64,000 bases of DNA from an uncultured Gammaproteobacteria bacterium (GCA_964414015.1 CAYPUE010000001.1:8893-72892); one strand, 5' to 3'; positions 28,465 through 39,108 are shown, numbered from the stretch's first letter. Made by a program: numbers and translations. Notes: generated by a model not told the origin, from the sequence alone.

Positions 28465-29229
28465 TTATTCTTTGATGTATTTTAGATATGAAACCGGAAA
28501 TCTTAAAGCCGAGAAAAAAGCAAATACGAATCCTTGCCAACTGTCCATAAACCCCTTATGCCGTATATATGATGTAAAAAACCACCATGCTGGAAGTATC
28601 AAGATATATTTTAGCATAGTTAAGGAGTCTTTCCCTAGTTTTTTGTCTTCATATTGTTTAGAGATGAAATCCGTATATCTTTTGAATCGCGTTAAATAAC
28701 GAGAGAAAGTTGGGTCAGCCACATGAATAAGCGGATTAGCTAGATACCCTATCTTTCCTTCGACAACCGCTTGTTCATGAACGTCTTTTTGGGGAAGTTT
28801 TCCTTTCCCTCTCTTATATAGCCTTAAAGTGTAATCGGGATACGCCCCTCCTTTCATTAAAAATCTTCCTAAAAACCAATTTTTTCTAGGAATCCAATAG
28901 CCATTCACATCGTCATTTTTGCTATTTGAGATTTGATTTTTGATTTCACTGCGAAGCGATGGCGTAACTCGTTCATCCGCATCAAGCTGCAAAACCCAAT
29001 CTTTAGATGCCATATCTATTGCTTTCTGTTTATTAATATGAAAATTAGGCTTATTAGTAGTTATTTTTACTTTAGCGCCAAATTTTCTGGCAATTTCCAC
29101 AGTTTTATCAGCAGAAGTTCCATCAACTACGATAATTTCATCCGCTATATCTTTTACGCTTTCTAAAGCAGCTCCAAGGTTTTCCTCCTCGTTAAAAGTA
29201 GCCAGAACAACAGAAAGAGTTTTACTCAT
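28465..29229 (-). CDS. GT2 family glycosyltransferase with conserved C-terminal GYWIPRKN domain
   Basis: 254 aa. LSVVLATFNEEENL, IIVVDGTSADKT, QLDADE. Low-complexity linker, then NGYWIPRKNWFLGRF...YPDYTLRLYKRGKG...VHEQ. Paralogs at 50886 and 52576. Confidence 0.7.
   Translation of the reverse strand: MSKTLSVVLATFNEEENLGAALESVKDIADEIIVVDGTSADKTVEIARKFGAKVKITTNKPNFHINKQKAIDMASKDWVLQLDADERVTPSLRSEIKNQISNSKNDDVNGYWIPRKNWFLGRFLMKGGAYPDYTLRLYKRGKGKLPQKDVHEQAVVEGKIGYLANPLIHVADPTFSRYLTRFKRYTDFISKQYEDKKLGKDSLTMLKYILILPAWWFFTSYIRHKGFMDSWQGFVFAFFSALRFPVSYLKYIKE
28917..28944 (-). repeat. Heptanucleotide tandem repeat (ttttgct atttgag atttgat ttttgat) inside the GT2 linker
   Basis: Read directly from the sequence. 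Encodes SEIKNQISNSKNDD on the minus strand. Same 7-mer family as 27460..27494 and 51356..51383. Confidence 0.6.
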
Positions 29230-29241
29230 AAGATGATAATA

Positions 29242-30894
29242 CTAGGAAAGCTTTGGTTTTACAAACTTAAAAACCAAAAGAGAAACGGTAACAAAAAGCG
29301 CAGCGAAAGAAATAATGTCTGATATCAATCTTAGCTTAGTTTCTTTATATTCTGCTTCAACCAGATAATTTCCTTTAGTTAAGTTAAAAGTCATAATCCC
29401 TCTATACTGCATATTCTGAAATTCTAGATAAAGAGGCTTTCCATTTGCTTTTATTTCCCAGCCTGGAAAATACAGGGTATTTTCTCCAAACAGAGCATTC
29501 TTATTAACTTGTACTTGATATTTATGATAAGTTGATTTCCTATCAAGTTCTTTTATTTTTGCGTCTCCGTCAATTACTTCAAGGTATGCTTTTGGCCTTT
29601 TTTCCATAAATCTTACAGACCATATGGGAGCGCTCTCCCCTGTATCCGTAGTGCTATCGTAGATGCCGCTATAAAAACTCTCTTCTTTTTGCAAAAATCC
29701 ATTTGCATGCCAATAATCTTTATTTACAAATAATAGAACTGCAACAAATATTAATAACGCTGCCTTTTTATATTTACTTGAAACTACGGATAATAAAATT
29801 CCTCCCATCAATGCGCTTAAAAAGACTGTAACGGAAAGAAACCTCCAGGGAAACTGAAACTTTTGAAGAGTTGTAATTGTCTGCCAAATTGGATTGGAAG
29901 AAGAGGTCATTAGGAATAGTGTTGCCCAAAAAATAATAAAGCTTCCCAAACATATAATCCATAGCTTATTTCTTTTTTTATATAAATAATACGCTGCAAT
30001 AATACTACCAACTACACCTATCCAGTGAATAATTCCTATTTGCTTGCTAAGAGCTATTGTCCCTCCATAACTCCATGGTGAAAGGAAAAAATCCTTCCAC
30101 GCTACAAAACTCCTTGTGTATTCCCCTCCTCCCGTAACAATGTCCCTAAGGGTATACTTTCCTTCTATCAATGCTGGTATCCAGAAGAAAGCGGATAACC
30201 CAAACCCAAGAAGTATTAAGTAAAAAGAGTTAAGTATAAAGTATTTTTTATTGGAGTACTGAAAAATTAGATAAAAAATGTATATCAGTATCAAGGGCAG
30301 AAACATAAGTGTTATTGCATTATGAGACAGGATAAGACCGGCCAATGAAAGCGATCCTCCCAATATCTGCCAATAGGAAAAATTTTTCGCAAGTTTAGTC
30401 AGGAAATAAAAGATAAGGGGCGGGAAAATAAATGCAACATGCTCACCAATAGCCCCACGGACATATAAATCAACAAATCTATAGGGAGCAATTATATAAA
30501 GCGCGCTTGCAAAAAATGCTGCTTTATCATCATTTAGTAATTCTTTAATAAAAAGGTACATTACTAGACCGCTTAGAACAAATGATGTACCAAAAACCAA
30601 CTTTACACTATCAACTAATGTAAATCCAAAAAAATGAAATAATGAAGCTAAATATGAGGGTAAAGGATAAAGAAATTCCAATATGGGGTGCCCGTATCCC
30701 CAGTTAAGATTACCCGCCCACCTTGGAATAATATTTCCTTCTTTTAGATTTTGATAAAAATTGGCAATTCTTGCAACATGATCTTGTCCATCATGAGTAA
30801 TCGGCAATCCCGAATAGAAAAAATCCAAAAGAGGAATAACTGATAATATGGTGAGTAAAAATAAAATTACTAATTTAGATTTAAAAATTTTCAC
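29242..30894 (-). CDS. HDG-PRW-GYGYP family polytopic membrane protein (YfhO-related GT-C-like) with C-terminal YFPGW domain
   Basis: 550 aa. PITHDGQDHVARI...NIIPRWAGNLNWGYGHPILEFLYPLPSY. C-terminus NTLYFPGWEIKANGKPL...KGNYLVEAEY plus a terminal TM. Confidence 0.55.
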   Translation of the reverse strand: MKIFKSKLVILFLLTILSVIPLLDFFYSGLPITHDGQDHVARIANFYQNLKEGNIIPRWAGNLNWGYGHPILEFLYPLPSYLASLFHFFGFTLVDSVKLVFGTSFVLSGLVMYLFIKELLNDDKAAFFASALYIIAPYRFVDLYVRGAIGEHVAFIFPPLIFYFLTKLAKNFSYWQILGGSLSLAGLILSHNAITLMFLPLILIYIFYLIFQYSNKKYFILNSFYLILLGFGLSAFFWIPALIEGKYTLRDIVTGGGEYTRSFVAWKDFFLSPWSYGGTIALSKQIGIIHWIGVVGSIIAAYYLYKKRNKLWIICLGSFIIFWATLFLMTSSSNPIWQTITTLQKFQFPWRFLSVTVFLSALMGGILLSVVSSKYKKAALLIFVAVLLFVNKDYWHANGFLQKEESFYSGIYDSTTDTGESAPIWSVRFMEKRPKAYLEVIDGDAKIKELDRKSTYHKYQVQVNKNALFGENTLYFPGWEIKANGKPLYLEFQNMQYRGIMTFNLTKGNYLVEAEYKETKLRLISDIISFAALFVTVSLLVFKFVKPKLS

Positions 30895-30902
30895 ATTTTA
30901 TA

Positions 30903-32567
30903 TTATAGTCCATTAACAACTCTTATTCCTGTTTCATTATTTAAATATCTGCCGATAAAAAGAGTTTTTATATTCCGTGGAAAATCATCGGGATTACCAA
31001 CATAAAGCGTTGTTTTGTTCTTCTGTTCTTTGCTCCAATTTATCGGCCTAAACTCAAATTTGGAAAATGCGTGCTCTTCTGCAAATCCTCCTGATTTTGT
31101 CCCGCCCTGCATCTGATAAACAGACGAGTCATACTTAGAATAGAAAAGGAAAAACATATACGACTGGTATAAATTATCTTTGTTGGAAAAAATAATTTTA
31201 TCGTAGGCATTTTGATTCTTTACGACGAAAGGGATAGTTTTGGATAAAGCATATTGAAAAGACTGCGATTGATTTTTGGAAAAAACAAAAAAATATTGCT
31301 GATAAAAATATCGTAATGATAAAATACCAACAATAAACAGTAAAAGGTAAAAAATAGATAAAATGTAAGCTTTAAATCTCACCTTTGCGATAAATTGGAC
31401 AGTAGCAAAAATTCCTAAAGAGGAAAGTATCTGCGGAACAGGCAATGTGTTGTATGCACGCATAGCATGTGGGGCCCCTGTAGTTAAAGAAGGAGCAACG
31501 AAAGAAGCAGTAAGCCATAGTATAATAATAGTCTTAATCTTTTTATCAAACTTCCCCAAAAGCAAAAAAATTACTCCTAAGAGCATAAAAGGGAACTCCC
31601 ACCAGTATAAAAGTCCTATTCCCGGAGCCTTAAAGCTTTCATTGCCGCTATTGCCAAAAATAAACTGTGGGTTTAGATGAGAGAAATAATTCCCAAGAAA
31701 TATTCTAATTGGAACTAAACGTCTGTTGTAAAAAATCTCTCCAACGATATTGCCTTCTTTTTTATATTGCAATACTTTATCAGCACTAATCCCATATGCC
31801 TTACTATTGTTAAATGCTGATGTGCCCTTAAAACGTAAAAGCCCTTGAGGAGTTAAAGTAACTAAAAATATTGGCAAAATAAATAAAATCCCTAAAATTA
31901 ATGATGTAAATACTTTTTGTTTCATTTTTAAAAAATGTTTTCTGAAGATATATAAAAAAACAAGTAAAATTAACGGGGCAAATATTTTTTCACTTTGATA
32001 AGTATAAAAAGATAATCCGAAAAATAAAGTTGAGATTAATAAGAAAAATTTATTTGGGGGATTATTGATTGCTTTGAGCAGGAATAAAACGGCAAGGACA
32101 ACAGAGGTCAAACCTGCATTTACCTCATGTCCAAGCCGTGAAATATAAATGTGCCACGGGGAAATTGCCAGAAGAAACGAAGAAAGCATAGCGATTGTTT
32201 CATTGCTAAATTGTTTAATTGTTGAATTCTTGAATAGCTCTTTTACCAAAAAATATGTAGATACAACTGTTAAAACTGACAGTATAACCGAAGGCAAACG
32301 AACTGCCAGCACATTAAGGCCAAATAGCTTTATAAATGGAATTACCAAATACACATATAAAGCAGGTCGCCAATCATCGTATGCACGAAGAAGTATTGGA
32401 AATTTCGTCCCATATTCATCAGCGCCCGTCTTTAAAATAGAATAAGCATTATAGCCAATCGATGCTTCATCAAGTGAAGCGGTGGGCGGAACATTGGTTA
32501 ATTGATAAAACCGTAAAAAAATCGCTAATAAAATAATTCCTAAAAAAATAATTTTCTTGCTATTCAT
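30903..32567 (-). CDS. PMT_2/ArnT-like GT-C glycosyltransferase (paralog 1 of 5)
   Basis: 554 aa. First loop LDEASIGYNAYSILKTGADEYG (GT-C DE motif). SPWHIYISR motif. More than 11 TM. About 55% identical N-terminal region to 32568..34196. Confidence 0.65.
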   Translation of the reverse strand: MNSKKIIFLGIILLAIFLRFYQLTNVPPTASLDEASIGYNAYSILKTGADEYGTKFPILLRAYDDWRPALYVYLVIPFIKLFGLNVLAVRLPSVILSVLTVVSTYFLVKELFKNSTIKQFSNETIAMLSSFLLAISPWHIYISRLGHEVNAGLTSVVLAVLFLLKAINNPPNKFFLLISTLFFGLSFYTYQSEKIFAPLILLVFLYIFRKHFLKMKQKVFTSLILGILFILPIFLVTLTPQGLLRFKGTSAFNNSKAYGISADKVLQYKKEGNIVGEIFYNRRLVPIRIFLGNYFSHLNPQFIFGNSGNESFKAPGIGLLYWWEFPFMLLGVIFLLLGKFDKKIKTIIILWLTASFVAPSLTTGAPHAMRAYNTLPVPQILSSLGIFATVQFIAKVRFKAYILSIFYLLLFIVGILSLRYFYQQYFFVFSKNQSQSFQYALSKTIPFVVKNQNAYDKIIFSNKDNLYQSYMFFLFYSKYDSSVYQMQGGTKSGGFAEEHAFSKFEFRPINWSKEQKNKTTLYVGNPDDFPRNIKTLFIGRYLNNETGIRVVNGL

Positions 32568-34196
32568 CTACTTGACTAATTCTATTGCCGTATTCCCGTC
32601 TGGATAATTTACCCTAGATAAAACATTAGCTGAAACTGGAAAATCGCTTGGCCTACCTATATACAGGGTATCTCCATTTTTATTTTCTTTATTCCAATCA
32701 ATAGGACGAAATTCAAATTTTCCAAATGTATGGTTTTCCCTAAAACCCCCGGATGCATATTGCGCTTCTTTCTGGTATAAGGCAGGAGGATATTGAAGAT
32801 AAAAAAGAAAAAATATATAAGATTGGTCCATTGGGGGCTGATTAGAAACAACTATTTTTTTATAATTACTTTCAATTTTTTTTACCGTCGTAATTGATTT
32901 TTCATAACCATATTGCCATTCTTTTGCATTAAAATAATTCTGTTGCGTAAAATACTGATTAAGATAATATGCAAAGTTAAAAATTAAAGATAAGAAGAGG
33001 ATAATGTATATGGAATATTTAATTCTTGAATTTGAAATTTTTTGTGCAGCGAAAAGCACTCCGATTGCAGTAAATATTTGAAATATCGGTAAGAAATTTA
33101 AAGTCCGTACCGCATGAGGAACTCCGCTTGTTATGGAAGCAGGTATTGGCGCCGCCAGAAACCAAAAGAACAACAGAAGCTTTACCTTTTTATCTAATTT
33201 ACCAAACAATAAAACAAATATACCCACAAAAAGAAAAGGTAAATCCCACAAATATAAAAGGCCCATATTCGGGGCATGATGACGGGCCAAATCACCTGTT
33301 ATAAAAAGCCAATTCAAATCAAAATGTGAGATATAGCCCGATACAACAGCTTTGGCAAAAACTATTCTTCTGTTATCCAAAACAAGGCCTATTAAATCAT
33401 TGTTTTTTTTATCTTCAAGCATCTTTTGCGCATTCTCTTTAAGAAGAGGGGTTGAATCCGCGAACACGCTTACGCCTTTTGCTCTTGCCAATGCCTCTTT
33501 ATTGTCAAAAGTAAAATTAATCATCGGCAAGGAAATTATTGCACCAATAATCAATGCTGCCGCTAAATATTTTTTAGAGATGGAGAAAAGTTGTTGTCTG
33601 AAAACAACAATAAGAATTACAGCTAAAATAGGAGTAAAGACCTTTTCGCTCTGATAAATATAAAAGTTTAAACCCATTAAGGCAGAAGACAATAAAAGAT
33701 AAAACGGCTTTTTAAGACCTTTAAGGAAAAAAAACACAGAAAATATATTAAATGCCATACCAACGCCTGATTCAAAGGCAATTCTTGAAAACTGCAAATG
33801 CCATGGGGAAATTGCCATCAGAAATGATGCAAGAAGAGCTGTTTTTGCGTTGGCGAATAGTTCTTTCACCAAGAAAAAAGTGGCCAAAACAGCCAGGATG
33901 CCAAAAATTACAGCCGGTAAGCGCACTGCATAAATATCAAGTCCTACTAATTTTATAAACGGGATTACGAAATAGGCATATAAAGCCGGCTTGTAATCAT
34001 CAAACGATCTTAAAACTACAGGTGAAAATTTGCCGTATTCGTCCTTACCCGTTTGCATTATCGAATAAGCATTATAACCTAAAGATACTTCGTCCCAATC
34101 GGGAGATAAAGGTACTTTACCTAATTGCCACAATCTTAATGTTGAAGCCAAAACTACAACACCTATAAGCAATATTAATGTAAAATTTTTACTCAT
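32568..34196 (-). CDS. PMT_2/ArnT-like GT-C glycosyltransferase (paralog 2 of 5)
   Basis: 542 aa. WDEVSLGYNAYSIMQTGKDEYG. SPWHLQFSR. Confidence 0.65.
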   Translation of the reverse strand: MSKNFTLILLIGVVVLASTLRLWQLGKVPLSPDWDEVSLGYNAYSIMQTGKDEYGKFSPVVLRSFDDYKPALYAYFVIPFIKLVGLDIYAVRLPAVIFGILAVLATFFLVKELFANAKTALLASFLMAISPWHLQFSRIAFESGVGMAFNIFSVFFFLKGLKKPFYLLLSSALMGLNFYIYQSEKVFTPILAVILIVVFRQQLFSISKKYLAAALIIGAIISLPMINFTFDNKEALARAKGVSVFADSTPLLKENAQKMLEDKKNNDLIGLVLDNRRIVFAKAVVSGYISHFDLNWLFITGDLARHHAPNMGLLYLWDLPFLFVGIFVLLFGKLDKKVKLLLFFWFLAAPIPASITSGVPHAVRTLNFLPIFQIFTAIGVLFAAQKISNSRIKYSIYIILFLSLIFNFAYYLNQYFTQQNYFNAKEWQYGYEKSITTVKKIESNYKKIVVSNQPPMDQSYIFFLFYLQYPPALYQKEAQYASGGFRENHTFGKFEFRPIDWNKENKNGDTLYIGRPSDFPVSANVLSRVNYPDGNTAIELVK

Positions 34197-35833
34197 AACG
34201 TATATGCTACGAGAGCCTTATCTCCATTTAGCAAATAAAAGGTTTTAAGCACATTTGCTTTGTTAGAAACTCCATTCGGGATATCGATGTAAAGAACTTT
34301 CTTGTTTTTGTTGTTGATATCGGACAGGTTCTTTGCAAATCTGTATTTATCAAAACCATTGATGTTAACAAATCCAAAAACTTCTCTCTGTATACTAGCC
34401 TCTTGCCTGTAATCTTTCGGATTCTTCTTTGTATAAAATACATAATAGATATAAGGCCTGCCTAACGCCATCGTAATGTTAATCTGATCAAAATTATCTT
34501 TTTGGTTTTCTGCATAACTTATGGAATCTTTATATCCGTACTGCCACTCACCGGAAAATTCCCTAGGATAATGAACCAGATAATCACGGTAGAAATACAT
34601 AAAATTTATAAATAAAACAACTGCTAGTATAGATATTGCAAATTTTTTGTATTTCTTAAGTAAATTTATGGCTGTTAAAAATCCTATTGCTATAAAAATT
34701 TGAAATGTAGGCAGTACCGTCTCTATCCTAAGGGCATGCGGAGTTTCCCGTGCCGTAGCAGCAGGCACTATTCCCAACATTAGCCATAATGGCACAATCC
34801 ACCAGTACCCTTCTCTCTTCTTAAGCAAAAATAAAATACCTATTATAAAAAAGGGCAGATCCCATAAGTACATCTCTCCAACTATTTGTGTCGAAAATTT
34901 AGGATTACCGTCTCCTTTAATAAACAAAAAGTTGGGATTTAGATTATCAAAATAATGCCGCAGATATTCAGCGCCGTAAGCCAAACGCCTATTGTGAATT
35001 ATTTTTGACCAAAGAGAATTATTGTCATTGGCTATTTGCTGATTTGCGGATACAACAACTCCAATTTCGGAAAAAATATTTACTTCTTTAAAGCGTAAGC
35101 TTGCTTGCGGAGACAGTAAAAATTTCAAAGTAGGAAGCAGCATCAACACTCCTATGATTATCGCCATTAAAACCTGCATCTTTTCCTTAAAGAGCGTTTT
35201 CCAAAATCCTATACCCAACATTAAAACAATAAGAGGAACAACAACTCTTGCCGTATTAAATGTATATATTGATAAGGCAAAAGATGTTGCAGAAAATAAT
35301 AGATACCATTTTTTTTCTTGGACTCCTCCTAAAAATAGCCATATTCCTGTAATTATAAAAAACGTAGCAATATTTGCTTCAAATGCAGCGCGTGAAAGCA
35401 TAATGTGCCATGGGGAAATTGCCAGGATAAATGAGGTTAAAATAGCGTAAATATTAGCATTGTTAGATTTATAAAATATTCTTTTAACCAAAAAGTAGGT
35501 TATAAAAACCGTTAAGACGCCAAAAAGCGCTGATGGGAATCTCGTAGCAAATTCCGTAAGTCCAAAAATTTTAACAGGGATTATATCTAGATATGCATAA
35601 ACTGGAGGCTTGAAGTCCCCAAAAGATTCCAGATAATCAAGAGGCAAAAATCTGCCAAATTCATCTTTGCCGTCAATCCCAAGCGAATAAGCATTATATC
35701 CCCACGCGGCTTCATCCCAAGTTAAAGACGGAGGATTACTTCCAAGCTGATAAAACCTTAAAAAGAAAGCAATAATTAATATGAAAAATAGATACGCTGT
35801 ATTTCTAAAGTTTAGCATTAATTCACCAACCAA
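34193..35833 (-). CDS. PMT_2/ArnT-like GT-C glycosyltransferase (paralog 3 of 5)
   Basis: 546 aa. WDEAAWGYNAYSLGIDGKDEFG. SPWHIMLSR. Confidence 0.65.
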   Translation of the reverse strand: MVGELMLNFRNTAYLFFILIIAFFLRFYQLGSNPPSLTWDEAAWGYNAYSLGIDGKDEFGRFLPLDYLESFGDFKPPVYAYLDIIPVKIFGLTEFATRFPSALFGVLTVFITYFLVKRIFYKSNNANIYAILTSFILAISPWHIMLSRAAFEANIATFFIITGIWLFLGGVQEKKWYLLFSATSFALSIYTFNTARVVVPLIVLMLGIGFWKTLFKEKMQVLMAIIIGVLMLLPTLKFLLSPQASLRFKEVNIFSEIGVVVSANQQIANDNNSLWSKIIHNRRLAYGAEYLRHYFDNLNPNFLFIKGDGNPKFSTQIVGEMYLWDLPFFIIGILFLLKKREGYWWIVPLWLMLGIVPAATARETPHALRIETVLPTFQIFIAIGFLTAINLLKKYKKFAISILAVVLFINFMYFYRDYLVHYPREFSGEWQYGYKDSISYAENQKDNFDQINITMALGRPYIYYVFYTKKNPKDYRQEASIQREVFGFVNINGFDKYRFAKNLSDINNKNKKVLYIDIPNGVSNKANVLKTFYLLNGDKALVAYTL

Positions 35834-35874
35834 TATTAATTATAACGCAAAATGTATATACTATACCAGTAAGT

Positions 35875-37419
35875 ATGGTTTTATCTAAAATCAAACCGTT
35901 CTATCTTTTTCTTTTGGTCGTTTTCTTGTCTTTAATTTTTCGAATAACTAATCTTGATCTTATAGAATTTAAGATTGACGAAGCGAGTAACTTACTTTTG
36001 GCAACCAGACTAATGTTTGGGCATCCTTTGCCGTATGGAGGAATTACCTCAAGCGTAGGCATTCTCAATCCTCCTTTATTCAACTACCTTTTAATCCCGC
36101 TTACTCTAATTTCCTTGGACCCTAAAGTAATCGTAGCCATTATCGCACTTATAAACTCTTTAACAATTGGATTATTATTCTTAATAATCAAAAGATACTA
36201 CACGACAGTTCTTGCTTTCATTACGAGCCTTATTTTGGCATTCTCACCGTGGTTAATTATTTTTTCAAGAAAAATCTGGCCTCCTGATTTAATCCTTCCT
36301 TTTTCCGTATTGCTTTTTCTAAGCATCCATAAAATAATTATTGAGAAAAAAACAGTTTTCTGGATTCCTTTTGTTTTGCTTTCTTTATTTTTTATACAGC
36401 TAGATTTATCATCTGTATTTTTTGTATTTTTAATATCTGTGTTGCTAGTTGCTCAAAAGCCTAAAATTAATTGGAAATATATATTCATTGGGTTCTTATT
36501 GGGAATACTTCCTGCAATTCCTTATTTTATCTATGAGATCAAAAATAATTGTCCGGATTGCATTCTTCTAGTAACTATTAATAAACAACTTGGATCAAGT
36601 AATTTCGAAGTTCTATTGAAACCTTTACAAATAATAAGCCAAGGAAATTTTAACTTTCTTTTAGGGAATGATATTATTACTTTCTCCAAACAGTTCCCTA
36701 TCGTATTTAAGCTAAAGGCATTATTCTATATAGAATATCTCTTTATACCAATAGGTGCATTTTTGTTTTGGAAAAAATATAAAACATTAAGTTTTTTAGC
36801 TTATGCCGCAGTCGGATTACCCTTATTGTATTTCATTTTTCGTCTCCGGCCATACATGCATTATTTTATAATTCTGGTTCCCTTTTTATCCATTTTTCTG
36901 TCAACCACACTTGATTATTTAATGCAATCTAAGAACCGTGCGTTACGTTACACAACAATAATTGTATTTATATCTTTAATTGCTTATTCTATAGTCTTTA
37001 ATCTATCTTTTTTTCAAATTATAAGAAAACAGAACGGACTTAGTGGAGATTATGGAGCATCATTCAATAAAACTTTACCTTACGTAGAACAGCAAATTAC
37101 AAAATATAAAAATCAAAAAGATTATCAGGAAATATTATTATCTTCCTACATTGATGTCTCTGCAATGCGCGGCGTATCTCCTTTTGCCGTAATGATTTAT
37201 CCGCCGAAGGAAACAGCAAGAAATTTAAAAGCTATAGAAGAAAAGCTAAAAAATGATTCCAATGATCCAAGAATATTCCAGGAGCTTATGGTGTATTACA
37301 CTTCGCAAAAAATAACCAGACCTTATGTTGATTATATTAAGAAGAAAATTACCATATCCCCTGTTTATGAAATAATCTACAACGAAGTAAACCATTTATA
37401 TAACGCTAGCCGGTACTAA
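35875..37419 (+). CDS. Polytopic membrane protein, GT-C-like glycosyltransferase
   Basis: 514 aa. First loop FKIDEASNLLLATRLMFGHPLPYGG (DE motif). About 11 TM. The only large + strand gene inside the minus-strand array. Confidence 0.45.
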   Translation: MVLSKIKPFYLFLLVVFLSLIFRITNLDLIEFKIDEASNLLLATRLMFGHPLPYGGITSSVGILNPPLFNYLLIPLTLISLDPKVIVAIIALINSLTIGLLFLIIKRYYTTVLAFITSLILAFSPWLIIFSRKIWPPDLILPFSVLLFLSIHKIIIEKKTVFWIPFVLLSLFFIQLDLSSVFFVFLISVLLVAQKPKINWKYIFIGFLLGILPAIPYFIYEIKNNCPDCILLVTINKQLGSSNFEVLLKPLQIISQGNFNFLLGNDIITFSKQFPIVFKLKALFYIEYLFIPIGAFLFWKKYKTLSFLAYAAVGLPLLYFIFRLRPYMHYFIILVPFLSIFLSTTLDYLMQSKNRALRYTTIIVFISLIAYSIVFNLSFFQIIRKQNGLSGDYGASFNKTLPYVEQQITKYKNQKDYQEILLSSYIDVSAMRGVSPFAVMIYPPKETARNLKAIEEKLKNDSNDPRIFQELMVYYTSQKITRPYVDYIKKKITISPVYEIIYNEVNHLYNASRY

Positions 37420-37440
37420 CTAAATAAAAAAAGGCAAACA

Positions 37441-39108
37441 CTACCTTGTATCTAGAATACGAAATACGATTGAGTTATCTTCTCTGCTTACAGCCCCTAA
37501 TTCTCTACCTTGAGGAATAGGTTTACACAAACCACTATTAATATAGAGAGTGTTTTTATTCCCAATAGGTAATCCATTCTTATCAACCTTCAGAGGACAC
37601 TCTTCTTGGGAAAATTCAAATTTACCAAAATTTATCCTATCGAAGTCTTGCATGGTTGTATTTTTGGTTTCTTCTTGAAAAATTTTAGGGCTATATTTGT
37701 TATAAAAAAGAAAAAATATTGTCGGAGCAGATTCTCTATTGGTTATGACCACCTTTTCGTAAGAGGATATAATCCTATTAACGTTTCTTGCCAGTTTTTC
37801 ATATCCGTCGTTTCTATACCATGGCCTATATTTATTAACGTGCACATAATACTGATGTAGGTATGATAAAAAGCTAAATATGCTAGTTATGCAAAGTAAA
37901 CCAACTGCAATTTTTCCAAAAAGTTTATTTTCATTAACCTTCGATAAAACATACAGCAATCCTAAAGCCGATATGATAGATAGTGCTGGAAAAACAATAA
38001 GTGTTCTTTGTAAATTTGGGACATCATCAAAAGTTAAGGAACTTCCTATGGGAGAAAGCAATATCCATCCAATCAAAAAAAATGAATTCTTCTTATCTAT
38101 ACCCAATAAATACCAGACTCCTAAAATAAGTAAGGGTAATTCAAATACATACAAAAGTCCAAAAAGAGGAACACGATAGCGGTCTGGCAATCCTTGGTCT
38201 GTAAAAAGAAAATTGTATGAGAAATGCTTAAAATAATTACTTAAAATTTCATTAGAATAACCTATTAATTTATTATGAAAAATTCTAGTAATCGTATTAT
38301 TTGTTTTTCCTACCCCATCTTCTCTTATTTGTTCGTCGAGCACCAGTTGGGTTTCTGAACCAGATAAAATACTTACCGTTCTTATCCTTAAAGACAAATT
38401 TTTAGATGAAAGTATTAAAAATAATGGCATTACTATTGTAAATAAAAACGTAACAATAATTAAGGCTATTCTTTTTTTTGTTATTCGTGGTACCAAAAAA
38501 CTAATAATTAAAAGAAGTATGAGAAAAGGAAGAAATGCTCTAGGAGCTTGATAGATAAAAAGTGTTAAGCCAAATAAAATAAATGACAGAAATAAAAGAT
38601 ATAGAGAGTTTTTGCGTATCCAGATTAAATAGAGCAGCGTAGCCAGTGATATGAAAAATACTACAATCGTATTCTCCGTTGCAGTACGCGATAAATTAAT
38701 ATGCCATGGGGAAACTGCAAGAAATAATGAACTTAGTAAAGAAAGCCATATTTTGTTTTTAAATTTACAAAAAAGCTCCATTGTCAGCCAAAACGTTGAA
38801 ATAATGGTTAAGCTGCCAAAAAATGCAGAAGCAAATCTAACAGAGAATTCATTCAGATCAAACAAAAATATAAATGGGATAGAAAAATAAGAATAACCTG
38901 CAGGACTGTATATGAATGATCCTAAATGTAAGGGAAAATATTTACCGCTCATGTCTTTTCCCGTTTCAAGAATTGAGTAGGCATTGTAGCCTAGAAATGC
39001 TTCGTCCCTATGAAGCGTTACGGGCACTTGTCCGAGATTATAAAATCTAAGAAAAAATCCAAGAAGTAATATAAATAAAATAATTAATAACGTTAATCGT
39101 TTGCTCAT
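37441..39108 (-). CDS. PMT_2/ArnT-like GT-C glycosyltransferase (paralog 4 of 5)
   Basis: 555 aa. HRDEAFLGYNAYSILETGKDMSG. SPWHINLSR. Confidence 0.65.
   Translation of the reverse strand: MSKRLTLLIILFILLLGFFLRFYNLGQVPVTLHRDEAFLGYNAYSILETGKDMSGKYFPLHLGSFIYSPAGYSYFSIPFIFLFDLNEFSVRFASAFFGSLTIISTFWLTMELFCKFKNKIWLSLLSSLFLAVSPWHINLSRTATENTIVVFFISLATLLYLIWIRKNSLYLLFLSFILFGLTLFIYQAPRAFLPFLILLLIISFLVPRITKKRIALIIVTFLFTIVMPLFLILSSKNLSLRIRTVSILSGSETQLVLDEQIREDGVGKTNNTITRIFHNKLIGYSNEILSNYFKHFSYNFLFTDQGLPDRYRVPLFGLLYVFELPLLILGVWYLLGIDKKNSFFLIGWILLSPIGSSLTFDDVPNLQRTLIVFPALSIISALGLLYVLSKVNENKLFGKIAVGLLCITSIFSFLSYLHQYYVHVNKYRPWYRNDGYEKLARNVNRIISSYEKVVITNRESAPTIFFLFYNKYSPKIFQEETKNTTMQDFDRINFGKFEFSQEECPLKVDKNGLPIGNKNTLYINSGLCKPIPQGRELGAVSREDNSIVFRILDTR

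Noticed and set aside
32149-32445. Recurrent + strand ORFs beginning MCHGEIAR... (32149, 33752 region, 35154, 38651, 59837), which look like a conserved small protein family
   Set aside because: They are antisense shadows of the conserved SPWH(I/L)xLSR motif in the five minus-strand PMT_2-like genes. Each lies fully inside a long, well-supported CDS.
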